Of a stretch of 64,000 bases of DNA, positions 1-13,498 are shown one piece after another. The DNA comes from Klebsormidium nitens (lineage: Eukaryota; Plantae; Klebsormidiophyceae), in NCBI GenBank assembly GCA_000708835.1, contig DF237358.1, forward strand, positions 19,772 to 83,771, read 5' to 3'. The notes beneath the pieces are model-generated. The model saw nothing but the letters and a program-made list of their open reading frames with translations, had not been told where the DNA came from and made no database searches. Each line of letters starts with the position of its first letter. Positions within the stretch are counted from its first letter, which is position 1. A program made the translations under genes and the position numbers.

Positions 1-3000
1 GATCACGAAGATGACGTCGTCGCCCGCCACGATGGTGCTCGCCACCGGGTTCGTGCAGACCTGTGAAAAGGCAGTCCGTTGGCAGTCACAAGTCGAGTTG
101 GCGGTCAAGAGTCTTGGTGGCGTTGTAACGGATCTTTGGAGAAAGAGATACTGGTTGCAAGCGCGCCGCTCAAAATTAGAAGATACCATCTTCGCTTCTT
201 TTCTGGCCTCGCTGAAACTTCGACGGAGTCTCATCAGTGAACTTCAGAACGTGTGGTCAAGTACACAATAATTCGTGCGCGTACATTTACTCGCACCAGC
301 ATGTGTACGATTGATCCGTAATCACAGGATTTCCAGTGCCCTTCTTCCTTTGCCAACACAACGGAGGACCCCAACAGCCATAGCGAACTCTGAGATCAGG
401 AGCAACCCCTATCGTAGATTGCTGAAAAACGTCAGCCTTCGCCAATGAGGAAGGTGGGGTAAAGCGCCACGTAGATGTGTCGGGAATGTCGCTATGTACA
501 CCTGAAAACGCGTGACGTAATCGATTGCCCTTCCATTCAAAGTTACAGCCATACGGAGGACGCTCGCAACATTAGTTACCCACCACAATCCTAAAACTTG
601 TTCCAAGTTAACAGCTGACCAGTAACGTCAGGTCTCCTGATGCAATACGAACGTTTGCGACTCAAGACTCACGGAGAGACGCCCGTCACATCCTCCCGTG
701 CCGGCATAGAATCTGGTGTGCCGCTTGGAGGCAGACGACTCTGGCTCCTTCCATACCAAGACCAGGCAAAAGATCAAGCTACCAATTGTCGTCCAAAAGG
801 TCAACCTTCACTCACATATGGAAACATCCCAGTGTTCTCTTCTCCCTGCCGGTACAGCCCGAGACACAGCTGCTTCTCCGTCCGGACCATGTGCGCCACG
901 AGCTCTCCGTACGTCCGGCCGTAGAAGGCGGGCGGAACCGGAACCTGCCGGATGCAGACGCCCTTGGACGGAAACGTGGGCTGGGATGCGCCGTTACCGA
1001 CCGGCGACGAACCTTTAACGCCCACCAGTAACTGATGGAGGATGAGCTGGAGATCGCCGTTGTAGAACGTCTGCAAAGACAATGGCAGACTTCTCGCCTT
1101 TCTCCCCTCGTGCATTTGCTTTAACGCTATTGGCTCTTCTCCCCTGATGCTGAAGCACTGTCTTTCCTATTTCGCAAACAATCATGAGCATCGAGTCAGT
1201 ACCGAGACTTGGCTTTATGAAAACTGGCCTGATACGACAATGCAGAAAGAAGGCGCTTCACTGCGCAGCTTTCTGTACCGAAACCATTCCAGCATGGAGC
1301 ACCTGACCCTTTTTCGTTGACCGTTTGCCCAGCTTTTACACTAGAATATGCAGAGCATGATTACACAAACTGCGGACTTCCACCGTCTTTCCAACGGAAA
1401 CGCGACCCAACATCCGACGCAAAGCTAAATTCAAGCGCCGGTGCAAAGTCACCACCTCCCATGCTGCCACGTGGCACATACCTGCGGCAGCAGCCGGTCG
1501 AGCATCTGGCCAATGAGAACGCGTCCCGCCGCGAAAGGCGGCGCGGATTGCGGTTCGTGCGCGGAGATGGCGACAGCGCGCGCCGGGCCCGGCAGGAGGA
1601 AAGCCAGGTTTGCGGCGCTGACCAATTCACATTGCACCTGAGGAAGAGTGACAGAGTCAGGAATGGATGGGTGTGAACGAGTTGCCGTAGGGTCCCGTTG
1701 TACAACGAACACACTACGTCGATTCCTGAAAGGGAGGGCGCTTCTCTTCCCGTCCTCAAGTCGTAGATGCACCCTTCTCCCTGACTTAGGTTCCTCTTCC
1801 TGTAATTGATGATTGCTGCGATTGGTTGTATCTCGTGACCCCGACTGCTTCTAATGCATCGGGCAACTCGAGTTTTGTGCGCCAAGTTGCTAGTGGAGAA
1901 GAAGAAGCTTGACATGACTTTCGCTGAAAGAAAAGCACCTAGGAGCCTCTCTCCTCTTGAATGCTCGTCGGTTGAAAGCCTGCAATGTGCAAAATCCGAA
2001 CAAGAATTTTGCACAAGAAGAAAAAAAATGATCTCATCGACCTTCGCTCTAAGTCAAAAACATTCAGTGGCCGGAACGACAGGCCTGGCTTGAGTGGGCT
2101 CGGAGTCTCTCAAGCGCTGGATTCATCGCCTTAAAGAACGACGGCATGAATAGGATGCCCATATCACCATGCAGTCGAGGCACTCCTGTCCGGGTCCGGC
2201 CTTTGTACAGATTGACGGCTCTTGGAATACTAAACGGATGGGGTCGAAACTACGCTCAAATGTGCGAAAGGAGCCCTCACGTTAAGGATCGAGTTGATTC
2301 CCTTGATTTGCTGGACCATGGAGCTATTGTCTGCATCCAGCACGTACTCGAGGCGCTCCCGTCCGAGTTTGTAACTTTCGAACAAACCGACAAAACTCGA
2401 AAATAAGTTGAAACCGACAACACGCCAGGGAAGAGCCTCTCACCTCGAGCGACGGGTTGATCGCCTTGAAGTGCTGGAACGTAAAAATGGTGTCCGCATC
2501 CAACATGTACTCAAGCCGCTCTCGTCCGGGTCCGTAGCTCTTGGACAGAATGACTGCGCCGGACGCGCCTTGCAGGTTCATGCGCATCAGGTCGTCCGTG
2601 CTCTGGGGGGATCCCTGGAAGAAGTACAGCCCCGGGAAGATAGACAGCCGCTCCCACTGCACGGAAGGGAAGTTTGCGGGTTGAAGCGTCGCCAGAATTG
2701 ATTTGCTGCACAAGAGTGGTTTTGGTTACCGGGCGTGCAGTCGTAGTTTTGGGGTCGGGAGGGCCTGAGGAGACCGAAGATAGGGGGCTCTCCGGAACCT
2801 AGACAATTTCTGCAGCGGAACAATGGAACGGAACGGAACGCTCACCTGCTCGCGCAGCGGAAGCACGTCGTCTATGTCACGATCGGGCGCATCATGTCCG
2901 AGCGGCTCGCGGCGCAGCAGGGAAACGAGGTCCCGACGATTCGTGCAGCGGAAAGTAGCAAACGGAACGGAACGGAAATGAACGGAACGCATCGCTTGCC

Positions 3001-6000
3001 TGCTCGCGCAGCGGAAGCACGTCGTCCATAATGACGATCGGGCGCAGCTTGTCGAGCGTCTTGCGGCGCAGCGGGGCGATGAGATGGAACAGCCCTTCCA
3101 CTGGACCGCACACCACCACGTGGCCGTCGAATGTCACGCGGCCGAGACGGCACTCCTCCAACGGGTTGCCCTGTGGACAAGATTATAGGGTTTGGAAAAC
3201 CGGGTTTCACAGGTTAACAGCAGTAACACTTACATGGTAATCACTAAAGGCTGGCACAGAAGCTTGGAGCCCAGGCGGCGCTTTCCAGCCGGGTCGACGC
3301 TTATTAAACTAGGGTGAAGATGCTGAGCGGCCGATCGTTGGTGTCTCTGTGTATAGAAGAGTGGACGGGATAAATAATCGATCCATCAGGAAAAATGTGT
3401 AGCTTCGCCAGTTGAGCTAACGCGATGGCAGAACTAGAACGGCGAGCAATTTCCTACCTCCGAGTCTAGGTGGTACAGTTCCCCGAGAGCTTCCAGGGGC
3501 TCCTGCGCCGCCCGGTCCCAGTACTCCCTCTCCGACTCCGCGCCGCTGATCCGCCTGCCACGTGGCGCCTCTGCCGCGACGCTGACGTCACTCTGACGCG
3601 ACGGCCGCTGCGACGGGCGGCGCTCCAGCAGCCCGACCTCGTCGTCCAGGTCCGCGGACGCGCGGACCCCCCCGAAACGAAACAGGGCGCTTTTCGGCGG
3701 CCGCTGTTCGTCCCGGGGGGTCGCCGTCCCGGGCTTTGGCGTGGTGGGGCGACTGCGGCTAGGGGGTTTCAGGTCGGGGGTCGCCGGAATAAAGCTACGG
3801 GTGCGCAGCGCGGTGAGGGCGAGGTTCATCGCGCTCGGGATCGCGGCGGGGGGGAGCTTGGCGGTCTTGACCGGAAGGGGGGGCTTGTCGCGGAACAGGT
3901 GGAGGGCGGACAACCTGCAGGCGGTCATGCTTACGTCAGCGACTGGCGGGTAGGAGCTAAATAATAGCCTTTGTCAGCTGTCGGAGTAGGGGAGAAGCAG
4001 CCGGGAGTAACAGTAGGAAATTTTGAGTTCAAGCACGAGAATCGTGGTCGAAGGATAATGAAGTTAAGGAAGCAGCTACTTGTTGCATGCATGGGATGGT
4101 CGCCAGCCAGCAGCACAATGCTTTAAGAAGGGTAAGGTCCTAATTGACCTTGGTCGCTGCATCCAGGAACTTGTATTCCATCCTGAACATCACGTTCAGT
4201 GTCAGGTTCCCTCGTTATCTGCTCTCGTTGGTTTTTCATAAAGGAAGTAAAGCTTGCGGCGAAAAAACATCGTAAGTATGACCACACAAACCCGTAGCAA
4301 GAATCGGTCAGGCACTGCTTACTTTGCTGCAGACAGCTTTCCAAACGAGTTGATCCGATGCAAGATCCCGTCGGAGCTTCGCCGCTTTGGGTTCCGTTCC
4401 GGCGGTCTAGGAGGCCGGACGGAAGCCCGGGGACTAGAGTCTTGAAAGCGCTCTGCGTCGGCTTCAAAGTCTTCTCGGCGGGTGTACGTCCGATGAACGT
4501 CCCATTCGGGGGAAAACTGCACGTAAAGGACCGCATCAGCCTTCATTGTTTCTCTGGGCAAATCCTTGCTTAGCTGCGCGTTTCACCCTCGCCCTTTCGG
4601 ATTCTTTGCGCCACAGAAGTTCTACTTTCATTTTTTAAGTTGCGATAAGAAGAATGGGCACTAAAAACCGGAGAGGTCAAAATGTTGGGAAGAGAGTGTG
4701 CTGTCGCCCACTTTTTTTTGGATTCCAGCGACGAGTAAAATAGACTCTCTCTGAAAGCGGGCAATCTTTGTTGGATACTGTCTCTGTAGGGGCCACGAGA
4801 GAAAAGCTAATGGCGGTAGGGCCGCGAACATGCGGAGCCATACCTTCTTAAGAAAATTAATTTAGCCCGTCTATTTTGGCCCGTCAAGCACACACTCTTG
4901 TTAGTATATCCAGCTGCTCCTTGCAGAGCAAAAAAAGTGTGAAAAGGCACCTGCGGAGCCAGGTACGCGTCCGGGAGTATCTTCTTGGGGCTTATTTTCA
5001 GCCCGAAGTGCGCGACGACGAGCGACGCGCCCACGTCCTGCGCGACGATAAACCCCAGGGTTCGCCGCACGTCTTCGATCACGAAACCCCAGGGGTTTAG
5101 CAGGATTTCGCGGTCGCCTGCTTCGAAGCTCTCGCCCATCACGGCCAGCCCGATGAGAAGACAGCCGCAGCCCTCGTAGACCAAAGCGGCGACCTGACAG
5201 CACAAGCAATTTAGAGTCCAGGTCTTTTGATGCTAAACTGACTTTTCCTTTGAAAGATACGCTTTGAAAAGTCGGATGACTTTCCTGTGAATTTCGATTG
5301 ATAGGAGCGGACTCCTTCTTAGTGTCTGTTCCAATTGATTAGGTCAGCCCTCTCAGTTAGCGGATCTTGTTAGTTGAACAACCTTTTCGCCTTCGCTGAC
5401 CCCGCAAAGCAGCCAAAAGCGAAGTGTATCTGCTTGGATTTGAAGTACTACAGGGGAGGAAGAGGAGGCTTACTTACACAGCAGGGCCTTTCTAGGGACT
5501 TGACATGCGAGCAATAAGCGACCCAACAAAGCGACCGTCCTTGAGAAACGTCGTAGCTTCTTTCAGATACTGAGAATTGCAATTCTGTTGTCGCAAACGG
5601 TCAGGCTTAAGCGCTTACCTCTTCGAAGCGCATGCCCTTGAAGCCTGCGGATAGGGGCGTCCGGTAGATCTCCTGCGTGGCCCCGTGCATGTACTCCTGC
5701 TGCCAGGGCTCCCGGTGCTTGCTGCTCTTGCGTGACACCTGGAAATATAGTCACGGTCCAATTCTGACAGAGGATACTTCTTCTGCAGCCTTTCTGTGGC
5801 TCAAATGAATCTTGTAACCATTGGTTACGTCAGACATACCATCAACGGGCTCATTCGTGACTGGAAGAAAGGGCCATAGGCACAGCACTATACATAGAGG
5901 AACACGTTTTACTTTTCCGTAGTTGGTGAGCTTGAAGGGAGTCGCTTCGAGTAAGCCCGCAGTCGACCTGCGCAAAAGTAAAGCGCTGCAACACTTCGAA

Positions 6001-9000
6001 CCTCTGGGGTCTCGCGCAAGCCACAGGTTTTCGTCCGGAGAAGCGATTGACAGTTTTATAATGTCTCCAGGGCATCCTTTACATTCTGAGATGTTGTCGC
6101 TGCCTTCGACGGTGACTGCTCCCAGCTTGGACAGCGCTGATTCGGCAAGCACTCTCTAACCACAAATGAACGAACCATCAAAACGCGGGAAACCATCAAA
6201 TTGTTACTTGCAAACAGTAAAAAAGCGGAAAAACCCAGATTGCGCTCTCACCCTGGTCGACATGCAGAGATTGGTGATCAGTGTGCTCAGCCCCGGCGTG
6301 TGACAAGCGGCGCCCAGCAGCGCGAGCTTGATCTCATTCACACAGACGACGTCGTGACCGTTCAGGCACGCCGGCTCCAGCCCGCTGTGCACTGCCATGT
6401 TGGCAATCAGGTGCTCGCGGTTCTCGGGTTTCAGGAGCTGGACGATAAGCCGGGGACTGCGGGGGAAACCAATGGAAGGGAGACTCATCTTGTAAGAGCG
6501 GAGAGTTAGAGAAAAGAAAGAGTCAGTTCCCAAAAGACGATAAAAGAGAATCCTACGGTGTCTTGTGAAAGGATGTGAAAGGATTTCAAAGGAATTGCTG
6601 CCTGCACTCCTCCTCGCATCTCCCAAACATCCTCTACGAAACGGAAGGGAAGAAAGCGGAACGGAAATGCGCACCTAAGAGTTGCTTCAGTGCTGTTTGC
6701 GTGGTCACTGAGGGGGCCAGCACAACGCGGCTGCTTCTTACCGTCCAACTCCGGCCAAAAATAAAAGACTAATTGAAGGAACGGAACGAGTCCCATCGGA
6801 ACGGAACGGATTCTGATACCTGTGCGTCGCTCCTGTGCTGTTGGAGTGGTCTTTGAGGGAGTGCTGCACGGCGAGCGCGAGCATGGTGCTGCTGCAGTCA
6901 TCGTCGCTTGCGTCGCTGCAGAACCAAAATTGGCACGCAACGGAACGGAAAAAGACCGGAACGGAAAGCCGCACCTGTGGTGTCGCTCCCGTGCTGTTGG
7001 CGTGGTCCGTGAGGTACTGCTGCACCGAGCGCGAGCATAATCCTGTCGCTGTCCTCCTCGCTCGCGTCATAGCTAAAATTTGATCTGGCACGAAACGAAA
7101 CGGTAATCGAGCGGAACGGAAATCCGCACCTGTGGGTCGCTCCCGTGCTGTTAGTGTGGTCGATGGGGTACTGCTGCACGGCGAGCGCGAGCATGTTGCT
7201 GCTGCATCCCCTGGTTTCTGGTTGAAGGTTAATGGAACGGAACAAAACGAAACAAGCGGGACGCCGCACCTGTGCGTCGCTCCCGTGTTGTTGGCGTGGT
7301 CCGTGCTGCACGGCGAGCGCGAGCATGATGCTGCCGCTTTCTACTCTGCCGCCCTGGGATTCTGGCAAAAGGCAGAAGGATACATAAGAATGAACGGAAC
7401 GAAGCCGAACGGAAGGGGAACTGCGTACCTGTGCGTCGCTCCCGTGCTGTTGGCGTGGTCTTTGAGGTACTGCTGCACGGCGAGCGTGAGCATGATGCTG
7501 CTGCTGTCATCGTCGCTCGCGTCGTGGCAGAACCAAAATTGGCACGCAACGGAACCAGAAAAGGCCGGAACGGAAAGCCGCACCTGTGCGTCGCTCCCGT
7601 GCTATTGGCGTGGTCCGTGAGGTACTGCTGCACAGCGAGCGCGAGCATGATGCTGCTGCCGTCCTCCTCGCTCGCGTCGGGGCAGAACCAAAATTGGCAC
7701 GCAACGGAACCAGAAAAGGCCGGAACGTAACGCCGCACCTGTGCGTCGCTCCCGTGCTGTTGGCGTGGTCCGTGAGGTACTGCTGCACAGCGAGCGCGAG
7801 CATGATGCTGCTGCTGTCCTCCTCGCTCGCGTCGTGGCAGAACTTGTCGGTCAGGAAGAAGCACGCGCTCGCGCGCTCGACGGCGGCGCGCCGCAGGTCC
7901 TTGGCGAACATGGGGGATCCCTCCACGTACTGCATGTGCCGGCTGTGCACGGACGCGCGCATCAGCAGCTCCAGCTGCCGCGAGGGGGCCTGCCGGGAAA
8001 ACGTGTGTGGGTCAGTCTACTATCGTGCGTGAATCGAGAAAAGTCGTTCGAACATCTCGACGTTCGCGATCGGGACTGCATAAGGTGTCGGCTTAGGCGG
8101 TCGCTGGGGCAGGAAACGATTAGATGCCAGACGTTGCTCATCTGATCAAACCGGCCACGTTTTCCAATCCACTTGAGGTAGGTATGTTCGCGCTTGTTGT
8201 CAAAAATGGAGAGCGTCGACAGGAACAAGGCGGTGCATCGACATGTGCTCTTCCATTTTTCTTCTGTAGGTACAGTTCAGGTGACTCTTTGGTTCAACTC
8301 ACCTGTGGGGCCAAGAGGACGAGGTCCTGGTCGCCAAAGCCATGGTCTTTGTCGAAGAACTCGGTGATGAAGTCTGAAACTCCCTGAAAGCGACACGAAA
8401 ACAGGTTAGAGAAAAGTAATTACCCAACAGAACGTTCGACCAACAAAGTAACTCCAAGCCTAAGACGTATCTTGTCGTAAGTAAAGGCGCAGCATTTCCG
8501 GCCAATCCTCCAGACTTCGTACTCTGACTTTTGTGAGGGGCACCATCCATGAAATGCGTCCCATGATAGACTTTGTCCACTGTGAACCTTTGGCTTCAAA
8601 AAGCAGACACATCAGAGCCCGACTGGGTAGCAATGGAAGGACCGGCGGCTTTCTTTGCGAAGGAAGCAATGCCGATAGATTGGAAGCTTCAAAGCCGATA
8701 AGACGTCAGATAAAGAACAACAAATTTCTAGGAGATGCAACCATCACAACAAGACGCACCCTGGTTGTAAGGTTTCCGCAGAGCACCACGTGGCTACCTG
8801 TGCGCAGGGGACGGTACCAGATGCGCGCGTAGACTGCAACCACGTCAATGCGTAAGCCTCTCCACATAAAATCCGGAATTTGAAGCCCCAATAGGCGAAT
8901 TAGCGAGCACTTGCTCAGCCTTTCTTTCGCCAAGCACGAAGTATCCCTCTTGTGTGAAACAAGCGGAACTGAACGAACGAAGTAAGACTTGCAAGCTGTC

Positions 9001-12000
9001 GTCTGCGATAATGACTGCGTCGCATGAGATTGCGGGAACCTTGGGCTTGAGGATGAGAGTAGCAGAGAACACAAGCTCAGTAGAAGCTCAGGGAGGCATA
9101 GGTTGTAAGCAGAGTATACGAAGCCGGCTTACGTGAACTAAGGGAGAGCAGGTTGAAGAGCGATGTCGTCTGCACAGAGGAAACGTCAACAAGGTGCCAG
9201 AGATCAGATTTTCAAAGAATCTTCATTGAGGCTGTATTCAAGTTTGCAGCGCCTTTCTCACGGGTCGAGAGGTCAACCAAACAATATTCTTGACGGCTTT
9301 TGAGGACCGAGGATGCTTGACCGGGCGGCATCATTCTTTGTTTCGGTGTAACCTCTGCTAATCCAAACAGGCTGGTGATCTGCGCCTATTACCAATCTCA
9401 GAGGCTTCAAATTGGAGAAAGTATGATTGCGTTGGGATTAAAAGTGGCCGGCCTCACCTGATACGGCAACACGATAAAGATGACTGCGAGCATGCCCAGG
9501 ATGATGACCTTGCCAGCATCAGACTGCACAGGAACGTTGAGAGGTTTTTAAGGTGCCGCTTCTGGGAAGGCTCTGCAGGTTCTGACGCTAGAGTTGGGTT
9601 GATTTGCACAGGTCACATCGTCCAATCTGGATCCGGAGAGAACGCATAGAGAGCAATGTCTCCACCTCTTGTCATTTGTGGAACCGCACACTTCGCCAAT
9701 CCTACGACCACACTAGGACCACACTGCGACCACTGATTGCAGCATTTCCTGCGGTTTCAGAAGCTGGTCATCAATCAACATCAAACGCAGCCGTTCAAAC
9801 TAGGCCCGCTTCCCCCTTGATCAAACTAGGCCCGCTTCCCCCTTGATCAAGCCGCTTTTGAAGAGTTCTGCTCCTCAAAACCAATCAACATCCAAGAGGA
9901 GACACGAGCCGAATGTGATGCCCCTCAGCTGAAGGACCAACAATACAAAGGAAAAGCAGAACAAGTGAAAACAAGTGAAAGCAAGTGAAAAACAAGTGAA
10001 AACAAGTGAAAGCAGAACTGGCGAACAGATGACGGTCAGCACACTACCTCTGGATGGATGTCCCCATAGCCTATGGTGCTCAGCGAGATGCACGTAAGAT
10101 AGACCGCGTTCAGGAAGGATAGATGCTGCCGCCGCTCCGCGATATTGAGCAGGCCCGCCGTCACAAAGATCGTGCAGACGACCGTATACGCCAGCATCAT
10201 CACCTTGCGGTGCACCTCTGCGGGGGCATAGCGTTTTCCGTTCAGGAAAAGAGATGGTCCCAGGTCTTGTCACAGCGATCAGCAACCAACATGAGTAGGC
10301 CAGCTGCGCAAAGGTCAGGCAGCCAACAGTGTGTGCCAGCATTATCCGGAGGCATAGCGGATCCCGGTGAGGAATCGCAATGGTGAAAGCGATGATAAGG
10401 TTCTGTAATTGCAATTGGTCTTGCTCGGACAAAGGGTGGACTATATCTATCGCAATTTCTAAGCGAACGGACTGGAAGCTAGGTCAAGCGATTGGTGTAG
10501 AGCTTCAATCAGGATACCTCTTGCAAAATAAAAAAACCAGTTCAGAGCGAAGAAAGGGCCTCCTCACCTGCATCGGTGCGGCTCAGCAGACGATGCACTC
10601 GCAAGACGCGAGTGATCCGCAGGATCCGGACCTGCAACAGCAGTACAATAGAGCGTAAACAGAACTATCACGACACGTCTTGTAACAACGGCATGCTTCA
10701 AAAGCCTCTAAGTATCGCCACAACAACCAAGCTTCTTATCTAACCAAGAGAAGCTTCAAGCGACTAGAGTACGAAGGCTTGAGAAGCAGTACTCCAGAGC
10801 GGGTGCGAAAACCTGATCCAATAAAATCATAAAAACCTCTGACTATCTTAGGTTCAGGGCAACCTGCAGGGGCTGCGCAGCATGGAAGCGAGGAGAAGGA
10901 TCACAAAAAAAGCTCAAATCTATGTCGCTTACCACTCTCAGGAAGTTGAGCGTTGTACTCGCGTTTTGAATTGCAGCAAGGAAGGTGGGAACGATGGTCA
11001 GGACATCAACAATGCCCGCCAAGCTGAAGACGTACACGAGGCTGCGAATGCAAGGGGAGAGAACTGAGCGACTTCCCGAGTGATAGTTTAGCGGTTGATA
11101 TCTGTTGCAGCTTCTGCAAAGACTCGCTTCAAGTCAGTGTTGTTGGCTGATCGATTCAACAGCAAGCGATCGACGTTCTTTTCGAAAGAGTTTGTCCCTG
11201 CAGCAGGCAAAAGCCTCTGATGAAAACCATAGCGAGTGTGCCGCAGAGACGCCGGTCTGTTCTTGAGAGAATGATCAGATCCAGCGTTCACACACAGTCA
11301 GCACACCAAGCTCACCGGTTTTCTGCGACGTAGAACCTTAGAAGGTACTCCAGCAGGAAGAAGCTAGAGATGACGAACTGCATTGGAGAAACGCACGCAC
11401 AGGTCATGACGTCTGTCTCATTCTTTGGGTTCTCTTTGGATTGGACGTCCCACGGTTCATTATTCTGGACCGGACGTCTGAAACCCGAAAAAGAGCTTAA
11501 AGGGCCAGATGAGCATTTCAACGACCGACACTAATGTTTCGAGCATCGAGCATCCGTTACAGGGAGCCGTGGCAATTATTGGAATAGTCGCACTCAGCTC
11601 TTGACCAGGTAAATCTCAGTTCCTTTGCACCGTTAGTTTCAAAATTCAAGGAGGCGATCAAGAGTCCCTAGTTCTTGAAGTTCCAGTCTCAGAGTGCCTC
11701 CTGAGAAAGTTCAGCGTCTCAGTGCTTTCTCCTTTTACAGACGGTGGGGACTTTTGGTGGGCTTCATCGGTGCAGACGACTAACCTACTCACGCTTGTTC
11801 AATATCAGCAGAGGAACAGTTTGCAAACGAATTGAGTGGTCTTCGAAGCGCACCTCGACAACGAACTCCCAAGCGGACCAGTTGACAACGTCCCCTGAGA
11901 AAGGCTCCACTCGATACGTCTCAACTATGTACAGCAGGACTGCCAGCATGCTCAGCCCCGTCGAGAAGAGGTCCTGTTCAAATTGCAACCAATGGTTAGA

Positions 12001-13498
12001 CATCTTGATTCTCGAGCCGAGCGGGAGGAAGCTTCAGAGCTTTACAAACTTCCTTCCCGACATGCTCGTGTAGATTAAAAGCTACTGCTCAAGTAAAATG
12101 CGTGTCAAACAAATGCATATCAATTTGACCTGACTGAAGAAACGAGTGAGACTCTTGTCTTTGAAAACCAGAGGCAACACAGGATGAAACTTCTGACGTA
12201 GTACTTGTAATCCGTATCAGGAAAAGGGGAAAGAAGGAAATGGAGTAGGGAAGAAGAGGGAAAGGATCTTCTGACACGAGTTGAAACCTCCTCAAAGCCA
12301 TCAAGACACATGCATTGGTACTGCCACTTTTCAGGACACTTGACAAACACACTGCTCAGTACAACTATTGTTGAGAAGCAATCTCCGGCTTTCAGGGAAC
12401 GGCACAGATTTCTGCTCGGTCATAAGGTCTTTATAAAAACAATCTGCAAATACTGGTGTCGACAGATTCGAGGGTCTTGAGCAGCTTTAGAAGCAATGAG
12501 ATCGCAACCATAAGGGAAGGCGCAACGTACAAGGAACAGACCAGCCCGTGACACCTCCAGGTACTTGCGTAGTCTCTGTCGGAACGACACCGCTGCAAAG
12601 ATGGCTGCGTCACTCTCTGGCCCATGTGGACTGGAGGGTTGAGGCAGGTCCATGCCAGCAGAGCTTGAAATCTGCAAAGAAACCACTGACATAAGTTCCT
12701 TCGCTTCTTAATTCCTTGAACACCCGTTTAAAAGTTCCAGGATGGTTCCACGTTGTTTTCAAACAGTTGGGGTTATGCTTACAATCAATTTCAAAAGGAA
12801 AATGAAGCATAGAGATGCAGGATGGGAACAAAAAGCTGGGAGTGTATAGTGGCGCTGGAACAGCCTGCTAGTCTCATGCCCTTTTCTTATTCCATCTCAT
12901 GGGCGTTTGTGGAGAAGTAGCATATAGACACATCTGTAAATTTTGGCATAGCAAACGACCATGCGTGAGCTAATAGCGAGCAAACCCGTTGTCAGATTCA
13001 AAGATAGGACCTGATGAGAGTATTGCAAGCCTCCCTAGCTTTGATTTAAGTTAGAAGGCCAATCCTTATCCAAGCAGAAACACCAATCTGCAACACAATA
13101 GGCACCGTCAAGGTTTGACAAAGGGCTGACGGAGATCCGCACCACTTGAGAGCTTTGTCACTTGCATCAAGCCAGTGTTTTAAAGTTTGATGAAATCTTT
13201 TCCAGGAGAAAAGCTATCATGACTTTCGTATTCAGCCCCTTCTGCATGGGGCTTGTTACAACCTCAACTGCCCTACCCTACTCTTTCGCACCACCGACTA
13301 CTCCCTGCTTGAGCACTTGGTGGGTTTGAAGCCACAAAAAGGGTGGTACAACTTGTAGGCAACTTCTTTCACCTGCTCAATCTCTGTAACGCGCTTCCTG
13401 TACAATGGACTGTCAGAGCTGCCAGCAACCCTTGGAGGTGCCCTCCCTTCTTCGGCGTCTGGGACTGCTAGCCTCAGGAAAGGGCCTGTAGCTGCCAT
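1..13498 (-). CDS. Slo/BK-family (6TM + two RCK domains) potassium channel; 3' end lies beyond the left edge of the window
   Basis: 22 phase-consistent exons (minus strand, high to low): 13498-13373, 12671-12531, 11973-11854, 11377-11316, 11041-10933, 10631-10568, 10217-10048, 9523-9458, 9169-9133, 8833-8760, 8383-8303, 7989-7739, 6456-6252, 5738-5619, 5193-4951, 4516-4323, 3914-3458, 3170-3000 (GC donor), 2656-2444, 1637-1482, 1070-816, 60-<1. Selectivity filter TIGYGD at 10077-10060; S4 [17 protein letters not shown]; RCK1 [38 protein letters not shown]; [14 protein letters not shown]; RCK2 [19 protein letters not shown]; [12 protein letters not shown]. Start Met (13498) is tentative. Confidence 0.9.
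2811..3085 (-). repeat. Two-copy tandem duplication (154 bp period) of an exon 3' end, donor site and (CCGTT)n-rich intron start in the channel gene
   Basis: GACGACGTGCTTCCGCTGCGCGAGCAG ends at 3000 (followed by gcaagc) and again at 2846 (followed by gtgagc). The copy translates as [10 protein letters not shown]...DDVLPLREQ versus the real [10 protein letters not shown]...DDVLPLREQ. Confidence 0.85.
6630..7845 (-). repeat. About 8-copy tandem array (140-159 bp units) of the RCK1 exon 3' half plus 5' splice site
   Basis: The donor motif (plus-strand cacct/tacct) recurs at 7736, 7581, 7426, 7267, 7127, 6972, 6817, 6672. Each unit encodes a variant of [31 protein letters not shown] followed by ag|gt. 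Divergence increases away from the real exon. Confidence 0.92.
9796..10013. repeat. Short intronic tandem repeats: 26 bp x2 and AAACAAGTGA-like 10-mer x5
   Basis: caaactaggcccgcttcccccttgat at 9796 and 9822; aacaagtga/agcaagtga repeated 9960-10011. Confidence 0.8.

Noticed and set aside
4123-4260. Possible extra channel exon
   Set aside because: Both candidate acceptors give stops in the required phase; exon 4516-4323 joins 3914 in frame without it.
6630-7845. CRISPR-like reading of the regularly spaced array, and its many long overlapping ORFs
   Set aside because: Whole units are homologous (no unique spacers), they copy a channel exon, the context is eukaryotic and no cas genes are present. 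The ORFs are by-products of GC-rich exon copies.
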